A stretch of DNA of 64,000 bases, taken from the NCBI GenBank assembly GCA_034530875.2, contig JAVRCJ020000001.1:96001-160000 (forward strand), given 5' to 3'. Of the stretch, positions 28,821-38,889 are shown one piece after another (position 1 is the first letter of the stretch; each line of letters begins with the position of its first letter). The notes under the pieces are model-generated. The model was not told where the DNA came from, did no database searches, and was given only the letters and a program-made list of their open reading frames with translations. Made by a program: the position numbers and the translations under genes. The DNA comes from Nostoc sp. DedSLP01. Its GTDB lineage: Bacteria > Cyanobacteriota > Cyanobacteriia > Cyanobacteriales > Nostocaceae.

Positions 28821-30134
28821 ATGGGTTCTGAAAATTTGTCAAAAGATACACTAGCAGAAGAACTGCTGGAACTAGCGATCGAATCTGGAGCAGAAGCTGC
28901 TGAGGTGTATCAGTCTCACTCGCTTTCTCGTCCAGTTTTTTTTGAGGCCAACCGACTCAAACAGCTAGAAACCAGCCAATCTGAAGGTACAGCACTGCGG
29001 CTTTGGCGAAATGGGCGTCCAGGGCTGACGGTGGCTTACGGTTCTGTCCCTGCCCCTGTGATGGTGGAGAAAGCTTTAGCTTTGAGTCAACTTAATCAGC
29101 CGGAACTAGTGGAATTAGGCTCTAATTTTCAGCCATCCTACCCAGATTTAGGAGAAAGTGTGCCGATAGAGGTTTTGGTAGACTGGGGCAAGGAAGCGAT
29201 CGCCTTAATCCGCGATGCCTATCCGGATGTTGTCTGCAATGGCGATTGGGAATGCGATGTTGAAACCACTAGGTTAGTCAACACTAAAGGTTTAGATTGT
29301 TACTACACCGATACTACCCTCAGTTGCTATATGTCAGCAGAATGGGTGCGCGGCGATGATTTTTTGAGCGTTTCCGACGGTCAAACCCAACGGGGCGAAC
29401 TCCAGCCAGACAAATTAGCTAATCAAATTTTACAGCGGTTAATTTGGGCCAGAGAAAATGTTTCATCTCCCACCGGCCGCGTCCCGGTTTTATTCACTGC
29501 TAAAGCTGCCGATATGCTTTGGGGTACCGTGCAAGCAGCTTTAAATGGCAAGCGAGTTTTAGAAGCAGCTTCCCCTTGGGCGGAACGCTTGGGCAACCCA
29601 GTCATGGCATCTAGTCTCACCCTCTACCAAGATCCAGAAGCCGGCCCTTACAGTTGCCCTTTTGATGATGAAGGCACTCCGACTCAATTTTTAGTATTTA
29701 TCCAAAATGGAACCTTAGAGAATTTTTATGGCGATCGCACCACCGGACGGCAACTGAATACTCACACCACAGGAAATGGTTTTCGTCCTAGTTTAGGCAG
29801 CTATCCCACCCCTGGTTTATTTAATTTTCTCATCCAGCCAGGTTCGGCATCGCTACAGGAGTTGATCGAACAGATGGATGATGGCTTAATTGTGGATCAA
29901 ATGCTGGGTAATGGCGGTAGCATTTCGGGAGATTTTTCCATCAATGTTGATTTAGGCTACCGCGTCCAAAATGGCCGTGTAATTGGACGCGTTAAAGATA
30001 CGATGGTTGCAGGTAATGTTTACACAGCCCTCAAGCAAGTAGTTACCCTCGGTAACGATGCTGATTGGAATGGTTCTTGTTATACTCCATCTCTCATAGT
30101 GGAAGGGCTATCCACGACGGGGAGAAGTAATTAA
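28821..30134 (+). CDS. TldD/PmbA family protein (PmbA-like)
   Basis: GAEAAEVYQ, PFDDEG, SGDFS, VKDTMVAGNV; no HExxH motif; start at 28821 or 28788. Confidence 0.88.
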   Translation: MGSENLSKDTLAEELLELAIESGAEAAEVYQSHSLSRPVFFEANRLKQLETSQSEGTALRLWRNGRPGLTVAYGSVPAPVMVEKALALSQLNQPELVELGSNFQPSYPDLGESVPIEVLVDWGKEAIALIRDAYPDVVCNGDWECDVETTRLVNTKGLDCYYTDTTLSCYMSAEWVRGDDFLSVSDGQTQRGELQPDKLANQILQRLIWARENVSSPTGRVPVLFTAKAADMLWGTVQAALNGKRVLEAASPWAERLGNPVMASSLTLYQDPEAGPYSCPFDDEGTPTQFLVFIQNGTLENFYGDRTTGRQLNTHTTGNGFRPSLGSYPTPGLFNFLIQPGSASLQELIEQMDDGLIVDQMLGNGGSISGDFSINVDLGYRVQNGRVIGRVKDTMVAGNVYTALKQVVTLGNDADWNGSCYTPSLIVEGLSTTGRSN

Positions 30135-30178
30135 ATGGGCATTGGGCATTGGGCATGGGGCATTGGGCTAGAGGAGTG

Positions 30179-30425
30179 GAGTTCAAAGCCTCATTCACGA
30201 GTATCAAAGCCTCATTAATGGAGTTCAAAGACTCATTAACGGAGTTCAAAGACTCATTAATGGAGTTCAAAGCCTCATTAACGGAGTTCAAAGACTCATT
30301 AATGGAGTTCAAAGCCTCATTCACGAGTATCAAAGCCTCATTAATGGAGTTCAAAGCCTCATTCACGAGTATCAAAGACTCATTAATGGAGTTCAAAGCC
30401 TCATTCACGAGTATCAAAGACTCAT
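30179..30425. repeat. 21-bp tandem repeat, 11 full copies plus one partial, flanked by inverted STRR heptamer tracts
   Basis: Units GAGTTCAAAG(C/A)CTCATT(CACG/AATG/AACG) and AGTATCAAAG(C/A)CTCATTAATG; (TGGGCAT)n on the left, (ATGCCCA)n on the right. Confidence 0.95.
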
Positions 30426-30486
30426 GCCCAATGCCCAATGCCTCATGCCCAATGCCCCATGCCCCATGCCCTAATTGCCAAAAACT

Positions 30487-33111
30487 ATGTCTCTTTCTAT
30501 TCTCAATCAGCGCTTTCGCAGTTGGTGGCAGCCTAGAAGAGGTTTAGCGATCGCGGAAGCTTGCGTTATCGGTCTGGTTGCGGCGTTATCTGCGGTGTTG
30601 CTGAAGGTGGGTTCGGGATGGCTGGGGACGTGGCGAGTCCACAGTACTAGGCTTTTACCTGTATGGCTGGCACTACCGCTAGTTGGTCTTGTGCTGGGGT
30701 TTGTGGCTGGGACTTTGGTGGAAAGGTTGGCACCAGAGGCTTCTGGTAGCGGTATTCCACAAGTCAAAGCTTCTTTGGCGAATGTGCCGATGAGATTATC
30801 TTGGCGGGTGGCTGGTGTGAAGCTACTCAGTGCCATTATTACCATCGGTTCGGGTATCACTCTGGGACGCCAAGGCCCCACTGTGCAGGTAGGGGCAGGT
30901 TTAGCAGCAGGTATGAGTCGCTGGGTTCCGACTTCCCCAGATCATCGGCGGCAAATGATTGCAGCAGGCGCGGGTGCGGGTTTGGCAGCGGCTTTCAATG
31001 CGCCGATCGCAGGTGTATTATTCATCGTGGAAGAGTTACTCCAAGATTTATCGGGGCTAACTCTGGGAACTGCGATTATTGCTTCGTTTATTGGTGGGGT
31101 GATATCGCGGCTTTTAGGTGGTGGTAGTTTAGACCTGAACTTGCAATTAGCAAAATCTACGAGCCAATTTTCTATCCCCGAAATTCCTTTTTTCCTGGTC
31201 TTGGGTATCTTGGCAGGGTTATTCGGTGGATTGTTTAATCGCGGAATAATTTTTAGTATTAAATGTTATCAACGATTGCATATTAGTTTGCCGCTACGGG
31301 TGGCTTTGGCTGGATTTATCTCCGGCGTCGTGGTGGCAATGCTGCCTGCATCATTCCGTGATAATACTGGGTTAAGAGAATATGTCATTACTGGAGTCGC
31401 TCATCCTACCGTAGCAGCGATCGCTTTTGGAGCGCAGTTCGTTCTCACACTGGTAGCATTTGGTTCGGGAGCGCCAGGAGGTCTATTCGCTCCCAGTTTG
31501 ATTTTGGGTTCTTGTTTAGGACACATCATAGGTGTGTTTGAGTTTTATCTCACAGGAGATGGTTCGCCGACTACTTATGCCTTAGCGGGTATGGGTGGAT
31601 TTTTTAGCGCTGTTTCCAAAGTGCCAATCACAGCGATTGTGATTGTGTTTGAGATGACTACAGATTTCAATCTGGTACTACCTTTAATGATTGTCTCTGT
31701 AGCAGCTTACTTGGTTGCAGATAAGGCGGCGCCTGGTTCGCTTTATGAAAAACTTTTGGAATTAAAAGGTATTACTCTGACCAAAGAAATTGCTGTAGAG
31801 GGAGCATTAACCAAATTAACCGCCAAAGATGTGATGCAAGAACGTGTAGAAACTCTGGATGCACAGATGAGTTTGGAAGAAGCAATGCAAGCTTTTGCTC
31901 GTTCCCATCATCGGGGTTTTCCCGTAGTGGAAGATAGCAAGTTAGTAGGAATTGTGACGCAAACGGATTTACTCAAAATTCGTGAGAGTGGAAAGCACAC
32001 GCTACACGATCGCAATTTAGCGAGTGAGATTTCTTTAAAAGAAATTATGACATCTCCCCCTGTGACAGTAACGCCAATCCACAGCTTGAGTAATGTATTG
32101 TATTTACTCGACCGCTATCAAATTAGTCGCTTACCAGTGGTAGATGGACGAAAACTGATTGGGATTATTACTCGTGCAGATATTATTCGGGCGGAAGCAG
32201 GACATCTTAACGCCGACGACCGGAAACCCAAGCTGCGACGAGAACCTTCGTATATAGTTTATCAAACGCGATCGCCAAGCATTGGTAGGGGTAGATTATT
32301 AGTACCAGTAGCGAATCCAGAAACAGCAGCTATTTTATTAGAAATGGCAGCAGCTATTGCCCGCGATCGCCATTATGAAATACAGTGCATCCAAGTCATG
32401 CAGGTATCCCGCCACAGTTCCCCATCTGAAACACAAGTCAGAACTGCGAAAAGTCGCCGCTTACTCCGACAAGCGGAAGTTTTAGCAAAAAAGTGGCAAA
32501 TTCCCCTGCACACGCAAATTCGAGTTACCCACGATGTCGCCCAAGCAATTTTAGAAACAATTAACGAAGAACATATCGACCTCATCTTAATGGGATGGAA
32601 AGGTAGCACATCTACCCCCGGCCGGATTTTTGGCAATGTTGTAGACACCATAATTCGTCAAGCCACCTGTGAAGTAGTTTTAGCTAAATTAGGCAAAACT
32701 CCCCACTCCTTCAAACGCTGGCTAGTCCCGATGGCTGGCGGCCCCAATTCACGAGTAGCAATTAAATTGCTTCCGGCTTTAATTACCTTGGAAAACGAAC
32801 CAAAAATCCGCCTGACACAAGTATTTCAGCCATCGGAATTAAAACCAAATATGACGGTTTTAGAAAATGCTATTCGCGAGTTGATGCGTCGCCGTCAATT
32901 ATCTAGTACAGTTGTCGCTTTGCCAGTACAAGCTGATTCAGTTGCCGAAGGTGTGATTAAATTAGTAAAAACTGAAGGTTACGATGTTGTAGTCGTAGGC
33001 GCTTCTCGTGAGGGATTGTTGCAGCAGGCGATTCAGGGTAATATTCCAGAAGCGATCGCCTCTGGTGTAGAAAGTACAGTAATTCTTGTCAGGAGTGCCA
33101 TTAATAGCTAA
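30487..33111 (+). CDS. ClC chloride channel family protein with CBS pair and USP-like domains
   Basis: GSGIP, GRQGP, AAAFNAP, GGLFAP; CBS GFPVV…LVGIVT; USP-like LLVPVANP and WLVPMAGGPNS. Confidence 0.93.
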   Translation: MSLSILNQRFRSWWQPRRGLAIAEACVIGLVAALSAVLLKVGSGWLGTWRVHSTRLLPVWLALPLVGLVLGFVAGTLVERLAPEASGSGIPQVKASLANVPMRLSWRVAGVKLLSAIITIGSGITLGRQGPTVQVGAGLAAGMSRWVPTSPDHRRQMIAAGAGAGLAAAFNAPIAGVLFIVEELLQDLSGLTLGTAIIASFIGGVISRLLGGGSLDLNLQLAKSTSQFSIPEIPFFLVLGILAGLFGGLFNRGIIFSIKCYQRLHISLPLRVALAGFISGVVVAMLPASFRDNTGLREYVITGVAHPTVAAIAFGAQFVLTLVAFGSGAPGGLFAPSLILGSCLGHIIGVFEFYLTGDGSPTTYALAGMGGFFSAVSKVPITAIVIVFEMTTDFNLVLPLMIVSVAAYLVADKAAPGSLYEKLLELKGITLTKEIAVEGALTKLTAKDVMQERVETLDAQMSLEEAMQAFARSHHRGFPVVEDSKLVGIVTQTDLLKIRESGKHTLHDRNLASEISLKEIMTSPPVTVTPIHSLSNVLYLLDRYQISRLPVVDGRKLIGIITRADIIRAEAGHLNADDRKPKLRREPSYIVYQTRSPSIGRGRLLVPVANPETAAILLEMAAAIARDRHYEIQCIQVMQVSRHSSPSETQVRTAKSRRLLRQAEVLAKKWQIPLHTQIRVTHDVAQAILETINEEHIDLILMGWKGSTSTPGRIFGNVVDTIIRQATCEVVLAKLGKTPHSFKRWLVPMAGGPNSRVAIKLLPALITLENEPKIRLTQVFQPSELKPNMTVLENAIRELMRRRQLSSTVVALPVQADSVAEGVIKLVKTEGYDVVVVGASREGLLQQAIQGNIPEAIASGVESTVILVRSAINS

Positions 33112-33118
33112 AGATTAA

Positions 33119-33310
33119 TTAATGATAAAATACACCAATAATCAGCGTAAAAATTATTGGTATTAAGATTGGAATGGCAACTACAAGCCCCCACTTACCA
33201 AACTTAATTTCCTCACCCTCAGACTTTAAAAACGCAATCCAACCCCCAACTCCCATCAATACCCAAATAAACCCAAAAACCAGAAATATAACAAATACTG
33301 AATCTTGCAT
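33119..33310 (-). CDS. Small two-TM hypothetical protein
   Basis: MQDSVFVIFLVFGFIWVLMG…; two hydrophobic helices; convergent with the ClC gene. Confidence 0.55.
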   Translation of the reverse strand: MQDSVFVIFLVFGFIWVLMGVGGWIAFLKSEGEEIKFGKWGLVVAIPILIPIIFTLIIGVFYH

Positions 33311-33391
33311 TTTTCCCACAACCCAATTATTTTACTAAATTAGCCACTAATGTAACTAATATAGTACTCATCTTCGATTCCGTGAAAAGAT

Positions 33392-33572
33392 TAGACCTGC
33401 CTTGAAAATAGGGAGTAAGAAATGGTGAGTGGGGAATAGGGAAAAGAAATTTTCATTGTTCCTTGTGAGCGCAGCTCATGGAGTAAGAGTGCAAAAGTCC
33501 TTACTTTGCGTTCTCTTCTCTGCGCCTCTGCGTCTCTGCGCGATCCAAAAAAATATTTATGCAAGAGGTCTA
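33392..33572. mobile_element. MITE-like element whose left terminal repeat is interrupted by the same insert as at 15.4 kb
   Basis: TAGACC[insert]…GCAAAAGT on the left; ATTTATGCAAGAGGTCTA on the right. Confidence 0.6.
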
Positions 33573-33607
33573 TTGAGTAAAGTTAAAAAAGTCTTCTTTT
33601 CTATTCC

Positions 33608-34801
33608 TTATTGCCTATTTCCTATTGTCTGTTCTCTATTACCGACTATACTAAACAACTTTCCTAACCTTGTACGAAACTGCCTGAATTCATAAGCTTC
33701 AATAGTTTTTCGTTGCAAGTACTCTGGTTGATAAACCGCCGGATTAGAACAATTCCCTTGCAAAATCTGAATTAGACTATCGGCAATTTCTTCAACATTA
33801 TCAGGGTCTACTAAACATCCTAATTTACCATTAGCTAATGGGTCTATAGAACCATCTCGATCGCCAGCTAAAACAGGTTTACCGCAAGCTAAAGCTTCTA
33901 GATAAACAATACCAAAACCTTCACCTTTACTAGGCATAGCAAAAACATCGCAGAGATTGTAATGATCGGACAATTCATTATCAGGTACAAATCCTGCAAT
34001 AGTAATACAATCTTCTAGATTTAAGCTATGAATTAAGTCTTTAATTCTAGGTAAATCGTCGCCTTTCCCGACAAGAATAAAGCGAACATTTGGGATGTGC
34101 GATCGCACTTTCACCAAGGCATGAATAATTTTGTCATAACCCTTATATTTTGCCATGCGTCCCAAGCGCGTTACCGTCAAAATTACAGGCTGTTCGTCTG
34201 TTAAGTTATATCGTTTGAGTAAATAGCTAGGTTTTGGCTTGATTTGAAATTGTTCGGCATCAAACGTATTCGGCAAAACCACTATTTTGTCGGCATCAAT
34301 ATTTGTTTCTTGCAGCAACCGCTGGCGAGTGTAATTACTAACACTAATTACTCGGTCTGCTTTTTCTAATGCTAATTTTACAATTTTACTCTCAATATCC
34401 CAAACTTCTAAACCATGAGCCACAACCCAATAAGGAACCCCCGTTATCAGTTTGAGAATATAACAAGCGGTGGCGTAATTAACATGAGTTGATATAACTA
34501 TAGTGGGACGCTGAAAAATAGCGACAATAATTATTTTTATCGCAAATAAAATAGTTTGTAATAATCTAGGTAAATGTCCAAAATAATGAAACTTAGTCGA
34601 ATGTAAAAATTGTAAATTTACCTGCTGCTTTGATTTAGGCTTATCGTATTTGAGAAACACATCATATTTAGCTTCAGGATATAAATCTTGCAAGGCTTGC
34701 AACAAAAATATTGAGTAAACTTGAATACCTCCTTTAAAACCAAAGATATTGGGAAATATCAAGTTAAAACGATATTGATTTTTGGTATTTGTTTTCAACA
34801 T
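33608..34801 (-). CDS. Glycosyltransferase family 4
   Basis: GGIQVY, AHGLEVW, YKGYD, DVFAMPSKGEGFGIVYLEALACGKPV. Confidence 0.93.
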   Translation of the reverse strand: MLKTNTKNQYRFNLIFPNIFGFKGGIQVYSIFLLQALQDLYPEAKYDVFLKYDKPKSKQQVNLQFLHSTKFHYFGHLPRLLQTILFAIKIIIVAIFQRPTIVISTHVNYATACYILKLITGVPYWVVAHGLEVWDIESKIVKLALEKADRVISVSNYTRQRLLQETNIDADKIVVLPNTFDAEQFQIKPKPSYLLKRYNLTDEQPVILTVTRLGRMAKYKGYDKIIHALVKVRSHIPNVRFILVGKGDDLPRIKDLIHSLNLEDCITIAGFVPDNELSDHYNLCDVFAMPSKGEGFGIVYLEALACGKPVLAGDRDGSIDPLANGKLGCLVDPDNVEEIADSLIQILQGNCSNPAVYQPEYLQRKTIEAYEFRQFRTRLGKLFSIVGNREQTIGNRQ

Positions 34802-34811
34802 TGTCACTAAT

Positions 34812-36032
34812 TTAATTGCTTGATTGCATGACAAAATCTTTTCGAGAATTTATAGCTGCTGCCAGGAAATAAAACTCAATAGTTGTAAAAGTATAATCTT
34901 CAGCGAAAAAATCTGGGATTTGAGAAGCTAAAAACATCATAATCGGAATCGTCGTTATGGGATTAGTATGTTTAACTTTAGATGCTATGGTTACTAAAAA
35001 ACTAGTAAATATAAATAACCCAGTAATTCCTAGTTCTACTAACACATTTAGAAATATATTATGGGCGTGAAAACCTTTAGCTCCAAACACTTTCACACCT
35101 ATATGTTCTGCAAAAACTCCTATACCTATACCAGTAAGCGGTCTTTTAATAGTTTCAGCGATCGCTGCGTGCCAAAGAGCAAATCTTGACAAAGCCGTTC
35201 CTACAGGACTAGGAAGCACAATTGCGCTTGGATTTGGTAAAAACAAATTAATTAATGGAAATATTTTACTATCTCCTAACCCAATCCTATATGTAGATAC
35301 TGGTATAGTTACAATACACAAAAACCAGGCACTCAGAAGAAAAATTATTTGTTTTAAATTAACAATTTTATATAAAAACAGAAGAATTATCCCAAAAATA
35401 AAAATTAGCCAAGCATTTCTGCTAGCAGAAAGAGCTAAAGAAACTAAAAATAAAAATTCACTTATATATAATTCAATCTCAGAAATCTTTTTTCGTTTTT
35501 CTAAAATTAGACTTAAACATAATCCAATACCCATTATTACCCCGAACTGATTGGGATTTTGCATTATTGAACCAATCTGAGGATAAAAGCTAGGAAATTT
35601 TAATAATTCAAAAATCCAGTGATTGGGAACTAAAGCTTCTAAAAAACCCAAAACTGCAATTATTTGTAATAAGTACAATATGCAACGATAATAAAAGTTC
35701 AAAGATGAGTTTCTCTGTTCTCTATAAGTTAATACTAGAAAAGTAATAAATAATATAAAGTAAGTAGTATATTTGATACTATAAGTAATAGCAGTAACGG
35801 GGAATGGGCTACTTAACGAGCATACCCACATCCACAAATACAACATTCCGAAAATTAGCAAAATAATTTTATTTTTCTTGATAATTTCTACCGTATCCTT
35901 TAAAGACCAAAATATTATACCAGAACTGAAGGCAGGAAGTAGTAAATAATGAATTCCAATATTTAACCCAGGAAATTTAATTCGCCCTAAAAGCGAAGAG
36001 AATAGTATGAGCAGGAAAAATATATTCATCAT
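34812..36032 (-). CDS. O-antigen ligase/polymerase (Wzy_C) family membrane protein
   Basis: Polytopic; NPNQFG, SASRNAW, R..LW…PLTGIGIG.F, HAHNIFLNVLVELG. Confidence 0.88.
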   Translation of the reverse strand: MMNIFFLLILFSSLLGRIKFPGLNIGIHYLLLPAFSSGIIFWSLKDTVEIIKKNKIILLIFGMLYLWMWVCSLSSPFPVTAITYSIKYTTYFILFITFLVLTYREQRNSSLNFYYRCILYLLQIIAVLGFLEALVPNHWIFELLKFPSFYPQIGSIMQNPNQFGVIMGIGLCLSLILEKRKKISEIELYISEFLFLVSLALSASRNAWLIFIFGIILLFLYKIVNLKQIIFLLSAWFLCIVTIPVSTYRIGLGDSKIFPLINLFLPNPSAIVLPSPVGTALSRFALWHAAIAETIKRPLTGIGIGVFAEHIGVKVFGAKGFHAHNIFLNVLVELGITGLFIFTSFLVTIASKVKHTNPITTIPIMMFLASQIPDFFAEDYTFTTIEFYFLAAAINSRKDFVMQSSN

Positions 36033-36436
36033 AAATTTTTAGTTTCAGATAAGTAGAAAGCAGAATGAATAAGGCAGACGGCTCCAAGAAAAAAGCATCA
36101 TCCTATCTAGATTCTGGAGTTGCGTATTTTACATTTAATTCTGCCTAGCTACTTAATTTCTTCAAAAAATATCAAACCTAGATTTAAATCCAGATTTGCA
36201 CCCAGAAATAGATCTTTCCATATTCTTATACATAAAAATCTTAATATTAACAATGACTTTGTTTTTGTAGTTTTTGTATTTTTTTTAGGTTAATAGTTTT
36301 TGTAGGTGAGGTTGAGCAAACACAAACTCAACCTATAAAAACTTAAGTAAAGCCAATTTCTGCCTTGCTTTGAAAGCAAACAGTCTTCTTTTGTCCATTC
36401 CCAGACTATACCTTATTTTTTGAATTTCAAGGTTTT

Positions 36437-38485
36437 TTACTGAACTATTTGCCAAATTTTTAGAAGATTTTCACCACTTCCACCACCAGCAATAGTATGT
36501 CCATCTGGGCTGATGGCAACTGCATAAATATATCCAGAACCCGTTTGTAAAGTGCGGATTTTTTCACCTGTTACGGGATTCCATAATTTAATAGTTTTAT
36601 CGCTACTGCCACTCACAAGGATGACATTATTTAAAGATGTGCTTGGCAAAAAGGTGACGGAGTTAATCTTATCATTATGTCCTTTTAAAGTGTGCATTAA
36701 TTTTCCCGTCTCCAAATTCCACAATTTAATTGTTTTGTCATTGCTACCACTGGCAAGGGTTTTACCATCGGGAGCAAAAGCAACTGACAGAATCGAACCA
36801 CCTTTTCCGTTTAAAGTGCGGGTTAACTTTCCAGTTTCCAGATTCCACAGTTTAATTGTCTTATCCCAACTACCACTAGCAAGGGTTTTACCATCAGGGC
36901 TGAAGGCTACAGATTGAACCCCATTGGTGTGTCCTTCGAGAGTGCGAATTAACTTTCCTGTCTCCAGATTCCACAGTTTAATTTTCGTATCCTTACTAGC
37001 ACTACCACTGGCGAGGATTTTGTTATTAGGGCTGAAAGCTACTGAAGTAACTCCATCGGTATGTCCTTGGAGAGTGCGAATTAACTTTCCTGTCTCTACA
37101 TTCCACAATTTGATTGTCTTGTCTGCACTCCCGCTAGCGAGGATTTTGCTATCAGGACTGAAAGCTATAGTCCAAATCCAATTGGAATGCCCTTCTAGGG
37201 TGCGAATTTCCTCTTTAGTTGCCAGATTCCATAATTTGATTGTCTTATCATCGCTAGCACTACCAAGGGTTTTACCATCAGGACTGAAAGCTACAGAATT
37301 GACGTCACTGGAATGTCCTTTAAGAGATTTTGCAAGATAAGAATCTTCCAAGATATTTTTTTGCGAAGCCACAGGCTGAGAAATCGGTTCAGAAAAGTCG
37401 CTAATTTCATGGGGACGGGTTTGAAAATACCAAACTCCCCCCAATACCAACATCAAAATGCTACTGCTTAGCAGCAGCGGACTTTTGAGCTTGCGATTTG
37501 GTTGTGGTAAGACTGCTGTCGTGCTTGGCGAAGCACTGGTAAATGTTGGTGAAAGTATAGTTGGAGGAATTGATGGCAATGGTGGTGGAAGCTTGCGAGT
37601 TAAGTCAGCGAGGACTTCATCAGCCGATTGGTAACGCTTTTGGATATCTATTTGCAACAGCTTATCCAAAATTTCAGCTAACTCCATAGATACATAAGCA
37701 CCGTTCAAATATTCTCGCCAAGACTCAACCCAGCCATAACCCTGCTTTATCCACAGTTGAGACGGGCGAACCCCAGTCAGCAAATGAAAACAAGTTGCTC
37801 CCAAACTAAATAAATCGCTAGCTGGGTAAGCTTTGCCATCTTGCATTTGTTCTATTGCTGTGTAGCCGTGTGAGCCAATGACAGTGCCTATTCTAGTTTG
37901 CACTGTTGCTGTGAGCTGCTTCGAGGCTCCAAAATCAATTAACACTAATCGCTTGTCACTTTGACGGCGAATAATATTTTGTGGCTTAATATCGCGGTGA
38001 ATTACTGTGCGTGAATGAATAAACTTCAGTACTGGCAGTAAATCTAGCAAAAGTTCTCTAATCTCTGTTTCGTTATAGTTTCCCCGCCCTTCCAATTCCT
38101 TGAGCAAGTTTTGTCCATCAATAAATTGCTGTACTAAAAATAAATAGCTATTTTGCTCAAAACAAGCCAATAAAGTTGGAATTTGCGGATGTTCTGCTAG
38201 TTCTTGAAGTCGGCTGGCTTCTTGTTTAAATAATTCAATAGCTTTTCTTAGCGGCCCGGTTCCTTGAAGTTTTGGCGCAAATTGTTTGACAACACAGCAT
38301 TCATTTAACTTATGTACATCTTCCGCAAGATAGGTTCTACCAAATCCGCCTTCATCCGATAATACTTTAACCGGACGATAGCGACCTCCCAGTAAGGGTA
38401 TTAATTCCGCTAGACAATCATCACAAGACTTGTTGTTATCTGGATTTAGAGGTTTTTGGCAGTCGGGATTCACGCAACAGAGCAT
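36437..38485 (-). CDS. Ser/Thr protein kinase with TM helix and 7 WD40 repeats
   Basis: CCVNPDC…CDDC; HRDIKPQN, DFG; GH…V.SVAFSPDG…SGS.DKTIKLWN repeats. Confidence 0.95.
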   Translation of the reverse strand: MLCCVNPDCQKPLNPDNNKSCDDCLAELIPLLGGRYRPVKVLSDEGGFGRTYLAEDVHKLNECCVVKQFAPKLQGTGPLRKAIELFKQEASRLQELAEHPQIPTLLACFEQNSYLFLVQQFIDGQNLLKELEGRGNYNETEIRELLLDLLPVLKFIHSRTVIHRDIKPQNIIRRQSDKRLVLIDFGASKQLTATVQTRIGTVIGSHGYTAIEQMQDGKAYPASDLFSLGATCFHLLTGVRPSQLWIKQGYGWVESWREYLNGAYVSMELAEILDKLLQIDIQKRYQSADEVLADLTRKLPPPLPSIPPTILSPTFTSASPSTTAVLPQPNRKLKSPLLLSSSILMLVLGGVWYFQTRPHEISDFSEPISQPVASQKNILEDSYLAKSLKGHSSDVNSVAFSPDGKTLGSASDDKTIKLWNLATKEEIRTLEGHSNWIWTIAFSPDSKILASGSADKTIKLWNVETGKLIRTLQGHTDGVTSVAFSPNNKILASGSASKDTKIKLWNLETGKLIRTLEGHTNGVQSVAFSPDGKTLASGSWDKTIKLWNLETGKLTRTLNGKGGSILSVAFAPDGKTLASGSNDKTIKLWNLETGKLMHTLKGHNDKINSVTFLPSTSLNNVILVSGSSDKTIKLWNPVTGEKIRTLQTGSGYIYAVAISPDGHTIAGGGSGENLLKIWQIVQ

Positions 38486-38889
38486 ACTGGGAATCCATTT
38501 CCATATTGGGGTATATATTCATCTTAAGTCATGCAGTATAATCTCTGTTGTTAGTTAATTGTACTGAGATGGGATATAAATAGCCAATTTCCTTACCTCA
38601 TCAGGTATTCAACAATTTAGATAATTTGAACAATGCTTTTTGAGGAAATGATAGAAGTCAATTTCATATATTGATATATGCATTCTCAATTTACGAGTAT
38701 GGCAGCGTATAGCTAAGTTTAGGAAAAATATTGCGATAAAAATTTACAAATTAGAACTGAAAAGTCAAAATTTAGAACAATTAAAGAATTAAGGCGTCAA
38801 ATTGCAACTTTATTTAATTACGTTAAAAACAGACGACATTAAATTTATTCCCTAAATCCCGAATTTTTAGCAAAATTAGGAGCAAAAAC

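Noticed and set aside
30179..30425. Possible CRISPR array
   Set aside because: Units are contiguous 21-mers with no unique spacers, and there are no cas genes in the window
30094..30547. ORFs 30094-30438 (-) and 30149-30547 (+) as genes
   Set aside because: Openness is explained by the 21-bp repeat and STRR arms; both overlap real genes; no evidence of translation
36552..37340. Plus-strand repetitive ORFs opposite the WD40 region (likewise 46573-47325)
   Set aside because: Antisense shadows of WD40 repeats
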